A stretch of 54,706 nt of DNA, filler included, from Sphacelaria rigidula (taxonomy: Eukaryota), in NCBI GenBank assembly GCA_964200075.2. It is 4 parts of 4 records of this genome, joined end to end, with 100 filler letters (N's around TTAATTAATTAA, not from the genome) between each part and the next. Parts side by side here need not be neighbours in the genome. Positions count along the whole stretch, not along the records: positions 41,107 to 54,706 come from CAXNAA020002775.1; 3 more parts are not named here. One strand, given 5' to 3'. A program made the translations under genes and the position numbers. Below, piece by piece: positions 45,306-54,706 of this stretch. Numbering within the stretch: the first letter of the stretch is position 1; each line of letters begins with the position of its first letter. Below the pieces are notes generated by a model. The model had not been told where the DNA came from, did not search any database, and worked only from the letters and a program-made list of their open reading frames with translations.

Positions 45306-46853
45306 TTACTATTGTCTTATGTATCAAAGTGGCACGTTCTGTGGTGATGGGCAAGTCTAGTTCCACGCTGGACACGGTGAGCAAGAACACTCCTGTGCAC
45401 AGAGTGACGCCCGCAGCTCTGAGAACACAGTACCAATTTAGTCGTCAACTCCCGGAAAGGGGCACGCTTGGAGTAGCAATCGCTTGCGATCTGTGCGGTA
45501 ACGTTCATCCTTCGCCATGATGATTCCTCCACCGCCGATCCACGCCTGCTGCGCCAGCTGTCCGTGCTGATTGTAATCACCTCTCTTCCCATTATGATCT
45601 TGTTCTCTGGGCTCAATACAATTAATATTGTGGAACATGACTGGTTCTACTCGAGCACTACAATCCGCACACAAGCTTACGTATCATAAAAAAAGGGACA
45701 AGACTGCGAGGGTGGGAACGGGATCGAATTCACTAGACTGTATTGTAAGTTTGGAGTATGTACTGTATCAATAGTAGACTGATTGAGGAGAGGGGAAGCC
45801 CCCCCCCCCCCCACCTACGAGTACCCGGAAGCTAGTGTGGCGATCGCCAAGGCAGCGATAGAAAACGAAGGTGTTCAAGTGTACAAGTAGCTTGAAAGTA
45901 GGCGTGTCGGATATATTGTGGGGGGGTTGTGATGGCATCTTTTCGTTTTGTTCGGAGCGTAGACCGGTAGGAACTCACAGCGTTTAGTCTCCTAAGGAAG
46001 GAGTGCTGAAACCATGTTGCAGCAGGGGCGTGTCACCGTCATCGATCAAAGATCTGACTCGACATCTCAGCAATCAGCACATCGCCCTCAAACCATCGCG
46101 TGTGTGCAGACGGCCCTCAGCACAAAAATCACCGCACCGGTGGGATCGCTGACCTAACACACTCCCGCGTCTGAGGATGTGTGCGACAGCGGCATACTGT
46201 GCGCACAACCCAGCGAAGCATCTCCTAGTCTATGCAATGAGGTATGGTGGTGCGGTTGTAGATGAGAATACACCAGACGTCGAGGCAAACTCATAGATCA
46301 AGAGCTACGCAGGACTTGACGGAGCATCGACAATTCAGACGGCCAGCAGTGTTATTTTCGTTACCGACTCCTACGACATAGCACATCATGAGTAAGGTGC
46401 TCTGCGGTATCGAAACTTTTGACTCTCAGATATCACCCAAAAACAGCAAGCCCGCAGCATACATATATCGTTCTGACAGCATCACATGGACTCGCAAACC
46501 TGCATGTGAAGCCTCCTTTTGCTCTCCCGTATACGACCCTTTAGCCACGAGCCCCCCCTCTCCCCCCAGTTCGCACTACCCCGCCGATTGTGCGCCGCTT
46601 CAACCCCGCCCGCATCCTTGTTTGCCAACACAAATCCTCCGGTAGTATTACTTGATGAAGAACGGGACCTACACCCTGGGTGGGGAACCCTCGCCACACC
46701 GAACCCATAGAAACTGGGTGCCATGGCCAGCATCATGGTTGTCCACATGACTGCGGGCGTTAGTAGCTTCCAGCGACGGCCACCTCGCCTGCGGCCTATC
46801 CCAGCACTGCTCATGTTGTTGCTGGTATGTCGCCAACGCAGCACTTCTGTCAT
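41386..46853 (-). CDS. Probable multi-exon gene for a membrane-anchored or secreted protein (3' incomplete)
   Basis: Phase-consistent exons 46500-46853 (basic stretch then hydrophobic RRWKLLTPAVMWTTMMLAMAPSFYGFGVA), 46154-46224 and 45434-45566. A second phase-consistent group: 42177-42216, 41659-41714 (GC donor) and about 41386-41494. No family recognised. Confidence 0.4.
42848..42875. repeat. (CA)n microsatellite
   Basis: Directly visible. Confidence 0.95.
43218..43915. repeat. Diverged tandem repeat, units of about 315-350 bp (two full units and the start of a third)
   Basis: Units start near 43218, 43567 and 43882; shared blocks ATGTAAACGATG.CATTCTCGCCGTGTTTC and GTGTCAG.TGGTTCCAGCA. Confidence 0.85.
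44013..44790. mobile_element. Family B non-autonomous PIF/Harbinger-like element, complete
   Basis: About 50-bp TIRs GGCGGGGTCTTATCAAAAGTGATTATCACTTTTCAA / TTGAAAAGTGATAATCACTTCTGATAAGACCCCGCC; 3-bp TSD TGA. Confidence 0.9.
45268..45305. repeat. (CAA)n microsatellite
   Basis: Directly visible. Confidence 0.95.
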
Positions 46854-48599
46854 GTTGGTACTGTTTGTAATCCGGCTATTAACGTCCAGATGATCTTGAC
46901 CTAGCATCCAGCCCAGATCTACTCTGGAAAATGCGGCTCGTTCCCCCCACCGCGTGAAGAAGAATGAACTGACTACAACTGTCCGCGTTCGGGGATGTAC
47001 TTCGCAAGTGATACAGCACTAATAGATATGTTATCATCAGCCAACTTAAACGGGGAAGGCCACATTGGAACATGACATGATGGATGGGGACTTGTTGTTT
47101 AGTTCCGTTTGCAATACTCGCTCCGGTGAAGGTCCTGTTGTGACAGACCAGCATTACCTATAATATAAGTTTACTGGAGCGTCCTCTGCGAGGAGGGATC
47201 TTTGGCGCCCATCTGAAATATGCACTTTCTTCACGTGGCGCTTACTGTTTGCGCTGTTGCTGGTATCATTTGTGATGCGTTTGTTCATGTGCCGCATGCT
47301 GGTGTGGTACCTCCGCGTGTTCAATCTGCCGCTTCCGATAGTGCGGGATGCTCGCGACCAACCCGTGCCGACTGCTGGTGAGTGTCTTGACTTGGTGCTG
47401 TTGAATCTTCGGTGTTGGGGTGCTATATTCTGGGAGGTGGGTGCTGAGGGAAGGAAGTAAGACGCCGAAACGTCGAAACATGAAACATGTATCCTAGTCG
47501 TTATACATATAGCGGGCCGTACGATAGGCTGTGCGGTATTGTCTGTATGGCGGGATATAACACTCCCTCCCTTTTTCTGCCATGGTCGATAGTCTCGAGG
47601 AGGCAAGACTCTTCACCTCCGGGATATCCCGCCAATCGAAACATTTCCACATCTTGAGCCAAAGGCACACTTCTTGAGCACGTGGCCGCTGCAATTATGA
47701 AAATCGACGTGTAGAGGTAGGGGGTGGGGGTGTTACTTGCCGTAATCTCCGACGGTGATCCTGTATACGAGTAGGAGTGGTGAAAATTGAATATTGTACT
47801 AGTGCACTAGTACTGTAGTGACAGGAGAGAAGCTTGATCTCTTTTTTGCTCACCACAGTAGAAAGTTTTTCAATCTTACGCCAAAAGGAAGAAAATAAAT
47901 CGGAACAGAATCTGACATATTTTCGCCCCAATACGCACGCACACACTGCGCAACCCCAGATTCAGCAAGACGGGGTTGTTGTCTGTTATCTACATGACAT
48001 GTGGTCGAAGTTTCAGCGCGTAAAAACACTGACAGCGCTCGCACGGCCGTGCTTCCTGAAGTGAGCACCTCTACAGGTGATACCAAGATAGGTACCGCGT
48101 AGAATGACATCATCCAGAGGGTGCCCAATACGGATCGATGTTTGTTTGCCGGGGCAGGAGCCACCCAGCAGGTCACGATGTGGAAGTAAGCGCATCTGCG
48201 TGTCAACATATGTATCCACTGACGTCTCACGCAGTCTGGGCCGAGGAGGCTCCGTTTCGAGGGCGTATCGATGGCATTGCCCGAAATCCGTATTCGCTTC
48301 GTGCGTTTGGCGCACCACGTAAAACGTGCCGCCGATCCGAGAATATGCTATCTGTGTTGTGGTCTACCTCTGTGCCAAGTTTCAGGCTGGTTCGTTCCGA
48401 CACGGCGGAGAAATCCGCAAGCAAAGTAACGCTTGAATTGTACTGAAAATAAAGTACTAAACCGTCGAAATATACATGAGGTGCGTATGATTCTTGTAGG
48501 TGGGCATATTGGCATTTGACTCGCATTTTTTTTGGCGTAAGACTGTTTTGGTTTAACGCGTCAGACATTGCTCCGTGTACTGGGTATACTCCAGCACTA

Positions 48600-48905
48600 T
48601 TTACCTTTTGTTCGATTAGAACTCTCCCGGGATTCTATGACTTGATTTGAGTGTAAACACCGATATTCGGATCTTTAGGGAGGCTGACAGCTCCAACTGC
48701 TCCTATTGTTGAGTGCGCAGAACGCGTTTCGTTAAAATCGGCGCCACAGGCGCCAATTTGAGGTCTGCCAACGCCACACTTTACTCAAGGAATGGTGTGC
48801 ACACCCCTCGCCCGAGTGTTCTCGGTATGCCTTGGGTTAGAGTTATGGTTAGGGTCAGCGTTACTTGAAAATAATATATTTTCGAGGAAGTTCTTCGACC
48901 AAGTG
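48600..48905 (+). mobile_element. Family C repeat (internal hairpin, GGTTAG-like tract)
   Basis: Inverted homologue at 52710-53019 and partial copy at 28105-28282. Confidence 0.85.
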
Positions 48906-49265
48906 GCAAACATACCTCATAAAGTCGGCCTTTAAATGGCAGAAATCAAATCTTGTACGTATTATGGGTACACTATTATATCATGTGCGTACTTTCTCCG
49001 GGGATGAGTTGAATACTGCGCCCGGGAAGAACCTAGAAACACACAAACGCCTGGTGTCTTCCCCCACATGTATCTATTGTATTTTGACAGGAGGGATTGG
49101 GGAATTCAATATGCTATAACTTGAGAACGGCGACGAGTCAGGCGCTAGGGCCAGCTTCTGAACGGTCGCCAGAAACTCGTTTGGTGTATTTTTTGCCTCC
49201 TTTTATCCAAATCGGAGGTTGGGCCTCGCGTTGTGTTCTAAGGCGATTCTTCTTCAGGGAGGTTA

Positions 49266-50253
49266 GGCCGCGTGTTGTCGGAAACGATCAAGTCGTTTCT
49301 CAAAATCCAATCGTTTTCTTTTCATTTTGGTAATATTGTAGTTGACTGCGCTTGTTCTTGTAATAAGGCTAAAGTCTGAAAAAAATGATGGAGGACCCTG
49401 TATCTTGTAAGGAATAACAGGGACAGTATTGGAAAGACGAGCCTATTTCTGTGACCACGGGTTCGAGCGATGGGACTAATGTGCGGAAATAATGATGATG
49501 ATAACAATAAATCGCAGAACAGATTTGCGCCCACAACGACCAGTTTGGCGTCCTATCGAAAACACCTGTTTTGTCCTCGTCGAAGCCCAGATGTGCGCAC
49601 AGGTTAGACAGTACCGCGATTCTTGCAGTGGCCGTTGGTCCAACCTGTAGTACGGTGGCTCTGTACTGCTATGAAAAAAACGCGACAAGGCAACACGAAC
49701 ACCTACACACCGTGCCCCGAAAAACACGCTCAGACACCCACCACTCACGCCCATTAGCTCCAGCACTAGCCCTCTCCCATCTACACACGGCAGTCTTTGC
49801 TCGACGGGAATCCGTTCAGCGTTGGAGGAAGGGCAGCCGCGTGGGTGTCATTTTTCAACCGAAAAGCTTCTGTTTCTGACCCTTCATACGTTTTGGGCGC
49901 GCGCCTCTCACGAACTGATGTTTCTCGTCGAATTCTCATCAGATTCGACTGGGGCCACGCACAACGTGGTCGGCTGCCGAGCGGCTACGGCTCGAGCTGC
50001 GCGTTTTTGGTTTGCGGGGACGATGAGTTTCTCAGGTTCACTTCTGACTGAGTTGGACTGCGTGTCAAAGCTTTGCATGTGCCCCTGCCAATTGGATAGT
50101 TTTGTTCCCCGTCGAGCTGAACACAAATCGTCCATTGGAAAACGATTCTGGTGGACTTTTCTTCAGGATTGTCATCGCAGCGCTTAATCGCAGGCCTAGT
50201 GAAGAACAACGATTGTAAGCGCAACGATCTGTCGCTTTCGATAAGAAACGGCC
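49266..50253 (-). mobile_element. Older family B-related Harbinger-like element
   Basis: Reverse complement of about 49530-50130 is colinear with 44150-44730; degenerate termini GGCCGCGTGTTGTCGGAAACGA / TCGCTTTCGATAAGAAACGGCC; flanks TTA and TCA. Confidence 0.7.
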
Positions 50254-52709
50254 TCACCGGAACGTTGGACCTGGAGATAGGGCTCCCAGTTCCAGGCGAT
50301 GAAGCTCTCAGCTCCGAAAAACATCCAATCCAAAACCTATTCCGATTGAGACTCCTCTAATATTCGACTGTTTCCAAGAAGGTCCTCAGAAGTGAAAGTT
50401 TCTCACCCGGTCCGTTCTAGTTTCTTGCGATCGAAGTTTTAAACCTGATTGGATCTTCGAAAGTCGGGTCGTTCGCGGCGACATCAGCGACGATGCATGG
50501 ATGGATGGATGAATTGTTCTATTACCGCTCTTTTTACATCCATAGTAGACATCATCGAACTGCAGTATGAGGTCAATCTGTCAAAATCTTGTGGCAGAAG
50601 ATGCATGATGACGCGGGAGATGACCGCCTCTCGTGAGATGATGCATGGAGAAGAGTGCCAGGAAATGTGAAGCCCAGAGTTCAGACCTCATGTCTCCCAC
50701 GCTATCTGCACATGAAATATGGGCAAATTTTTACCCGGTATTCGACAGCTCGTTGGTTCTGACAGACGTGGGGTATTGTTTTGCAGCACGAGATCGCTGC
50801 GCAGATCGGGCCACGCTGTTGTGTTTCCTTGTTCTCAGCATCAAGTGAATCGTGTGGTATGCTCTATCTTCTGCTTTTCAGCTGTGCATCTAGAGAAAGA
50901 TGGTGATTGAGTTATCAATTTTGCTATTCTTGGTGGAACCGCCTTTCCTTGTATATCAGTGCGGTTCATGTGCCAGAATTAACCATCAGCCATCGACCTC
51001 ACTCAAACGCCTCCGCTCTTGCGTGACTAATTCTCATGACGGTTGGGTTGGGTTGCCCACTCTCGCTAATATTCGCAGCCAAAAGCACGGGCGGCAGCAA
51101 CGATGCGGGGTTCAGCTGTCGGCAGAAGAATCGCCTGTCGACGCACCTGGCCTACCACCGTATTCCAGTTTACCGGGAATGAAGGTGAGAAAAAACTCTT
51201 GCCTTGTCAACAGATCTTAAGGTACCGCAAGACTGATGTTTAGGAGTTCCACAGGTTTTCAGTTATGATTCACAAAGCCCGTGCTGTCTGTATCGATCGG
51301 CTGTCGGTACCCGATTCTGGTGGACGAAGTATCGTCAATTTCACCGTGAGAGTGGGAGAGCTGCTTTGATATCGAACACGGGCAATGACGAAGGTGAAGT
51401 CGAGATCGCCACGCACCCAAAAGCTGACGATCTTATATACTGCTCGTTACCGATATTGGCAAGACTGTCTGTCGACGCATCTACGGAGTAGGTGCTTTTG
51501 GCTGAGAGACAGCGTCTACGTAAAAGAGACTGCTGCCGCGCCAACGCCGTGAGTCACGGCTATTCGTACATGACCTGCGATCAGCAGCGCTTTGATGTCC
51601 CAGGACAGCGGTGATTTTTCCGACGCGCAGTGGCCGAGATCTTCCCCGCGGTGATACATGCAGGTGGTAGACATACAGCTCCTGCTTTACAGCTGAAGGG
51701 CGATGGGTATTTGCAGGAGGTGGCCGTACGTACTGTAGGCGGCGCGTGCGACTGTGGCTGAGTGGCGTTTCTATGCTGTCCCTTGAGTTAGCGAAAACTT
51801 TCCCTCACGTCCGACAGAAGGACTGGCAAAGTTTGAAACACACATGAGTGACGCAGACGTAAGCAAAAAACAACAACAAGAAACACCCGCGCATTCATGA
51901 AATCTAGGCTACTGCAATCTTATTGGGCAAGATTCAGAGCTTGCGATGAACCCCTTTCAGCTCCGACCGGGCCTACGGGCCGCCATCTATGTACGCCAAC
52001 GGTGGTCATCCTCTAAAACCCGGCGGAACTGTCAGCGGTCGGATTCTCGGCACAGTTGGCCTCGAGTGCTTGGAGGACTAATAGTTTGTGTACCGTAAAA
52101 TACGGTGTAAACGACCCCTTGGGGTGATCATATTTTGCGACCCGGAAAGTTATCACCGGGGGGTAGTATTGAGGGGATGGTATACTACGTAAATACAGTA
52201 CTGTACATACCGACATGTGGTAAAAAAAGGCAAACTTTCATCACCCGGGTAATTCAGGGGGAGAGGGGAGGTCGTATACACCGTATGCTGTTTAGTATCA
52301 GTCCCGGCACCAGATATCTGGTTCACCGTTGCATTGTGACGTTTTGGTATTTCCAGCCCATCCCTGCTGACGGACTGTATTTGTCCATCTTTCATTTGCC
52401 GATCCACCTCGCGGTTTTTTGCTTCCTCCCTCGCACACATATGAACAGACGGTTGTGGAAACAGAAGAGGAGGAGCAGGCGAGAGTGGCTAGAGAGTGGC
52501 TAGATGATGGCCGGAGGGGCCGGGTCCTCGTCAGACGGAGTGAGTATCGTATGATTTGGCTGGGTGTCGCCAACAATATTCTATATTTTGTGCAGTGAAC
52601 AGTTGAAGAACCCTCCGGCGGTGGCCCACGACAAGCAGTACAATGCGCCAACACTTCACCTGCCTCCGAGGTATCACCGGCCTAATCGTGGATTCCAAGG
52701 TGTGCTCAT

Positions 52710-53019
52710 CACTTGGTCGATTGACTCTTCGAAAGAAACATCGGAAATATATTATTTTGAATTAACGCTGACCTAAACCCCAAACCAAACCCAAGGCATA
52801 CCGAAAACCCTCGGGCGAGGAGATGCAGGGTGTTTTCTAGGCAGAGTGTGGCGCTGGTGGACCTCAAATCGGCGCCACAGGCGCCAATTTTGACGAGAAC
52901 GCGTTCTGCGCACGTGAGGGCACTTTGAGCCGTCAACCCCGTTGAAGATCCGAATATTGGTGTTCAGACTTACTTGGAGTAATAAAATTCCGGGAAAGTT
53001 CTAATCGACGAAGTGGTAG
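52710..53019 (-). mobile_element. Family C repeat, inverted copy
   Basis: Reverse complement aligns with 48600-48905. Confidence 0.85.
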
Positions 53020-54706
53020 ACACTACTGTACATTGCCCACTTTGCGTCGATCCTCTCGCTGTGAGTATCAACCATTTCAGGTATCGGCATTGGTCGGCCT
53101 TGAGAAGTGGCCATCGACCCCAAAAACGGCGGCCTCAAAGGGCCCCTGTACTGCGGTTGGTGACCCTTTGCCAGACCCCGTATGGCAGCCTGAAGTTACC
53201 TTATATCGGTAGCATTTTTATGGTGTACGTCAAGGAACATGCTTATGCTGCGTGTTTGATAATATTTGCGGGTAAAACAGCCCGTGAAGAACACTAGATA
53301 TTGGGTGAAATCAGTGGAGTAGTTTTACGGTGCAAGATCATCGGCCAGGCGTATTGTCACCATCATTACGTTGGGCAAGCCATACAAACAGTAGCGAGGA
53401 TGGTGTGTGCCACGTCCTCTTGGTGTGCTGCGAATCGTGAGCCACTGAAGAACTACACCTACAAACAAGCAACACGAGATCGCATCCACTGAGTCACTCG
53501 CCTTCGTTCGGGAATACGATTGCTTTACCTCGGATGTGTGAGTGTGTTGAGACTCATATATTGTAACAGCGTTTTTTTGTCCCGAGACAGAAAATATCAC
53601 CCGCCACTTGTCTTCCATGCTGTACGCTACCTCACTTAGCGGCGTCTAGCCCGCTTTACCGAGTTGCTGCTACGGTAGTGCAGGTTTAAATAATTGTTTT
53701 CATTCAATCGGGATCGTTTCGCGGACGATTTTTCCCGTTCACTCGAAGGTTTGAGGGCCGGTAGACTTTGAAAACAAAAGCAGATCTTGCTAAGGACACA
53801 TTAACCAATCCTGTGTTGTCGGAGCAATACGGAGTACTGTACAGCTTTGTCCATCGAGCGGGTGTTTGTGGCCGTATATGATGAAAAAAAGACCATTTTG
53901 CGGCTGTAGCGCGGCAAGTGTCGAGAAGATAAGAAACTAAACCGTAATTTTGCCCATTTTAATGATGCGGATCGGGGTGGTCGAGCGAAACTAACGAAGG
54001 GCGACGCCCGGGGGCTGTACACTCGCAGGACCCCCAATGACCGGTGAGCCCGTAATTCGTTCAAAAGTGTCGTGTATATATATAATATATATACAAGGAT
54101 CGAACGGGGCCGCCGATAGGCTGCCCCGTCCTCCACGATAGGCGTGACGAGGAATTAATCTAGGGCAATGGCCTAGAAAAGGTATACCTTCTCGTTTTCT
54201 GGGTTTTGGTTCGCGGTGGGTTGGGGTTAGGGTTTTGGGGGTAGGGGTAGCGATACTTATAAAATGTGTCGACCATGAACTTTTGTAGCCCAACTCCGGT
54301 AAACTAGTCTACTACTATGACACATCGTGGTAATCGGCAACTCAGTGCTCGTCTTCAAATCCAAGTAGCATTCTGATTTGACAAGGTATAATCAAATGAA
54401 ATACCAAACTGTACGGTAGTCCTGCCTTTCTGTGCAGCTTTCAGTAACAAGGCATATATCCTTTGCTTGAACCAACCATCGATTATGTGACAACCGCCCG
54501 TTCGTAACGGAAGAGCCTAGCTTGAACGTGACACCAGCCCCGAGATCGGAGCAGTAAGGTATTTCACAAACCCTGGTATGACAAAAGACCGACGCGTTGT
54601 GAGTAATGAGTCCAGTTATTTTGTCGATGCGGAGAGACACGGGAACCATTTCCGCGGAGAAAGGGACGTGGTCGTTGTGGCGACCGTGAACGGCAAATGA
54701 GCGGGA

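Noticed and set aside
54200-54250. Telomere
   Set aside because: Only a short degenerate GGTTAGGG-like tract, internal to the contig and similar to tracts in the dispersed repeats.

Overview
Eukaryotic, intron-rich, repeat-laden DNA, most likely a brown alga or related stramenopile (inferred from gene style and the LINE/MITE content). The window is not one locus. It is four contigs (1-13603, 13704-27305, 27406-41006, 41107-54706; lengths 13603, 13602, 13601, 13600) joined by artificial N44-TTAATTAATTAA-N44 spacers. Contig 1 holds a 5'-incomplete + strand gene of at least 10 exons (about 1585 aa assembled). It encodes a dynein-stalk microtubule-binding-like domain with no visible motor, followed by a long acidic tail with recurring Y/F-x-D-D-F motifs; this is the best candidate for something undescribed. 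Contig 2 has coiled-coil exons and a decayed minus-strand region with Mutator/SWIM-like and USP-like peptidase motifs. Contig 3 has the first exon of an eIF4E gene, a possible divergent gene and a decayed RTE-type LINE. Contig 4 has a probable minus-strand membrane or secreted protein gene and several non-autonomous DNA elements. No CRISPR, rRNA or intact tRNA was seen. All gene models and alignments were made by eye.
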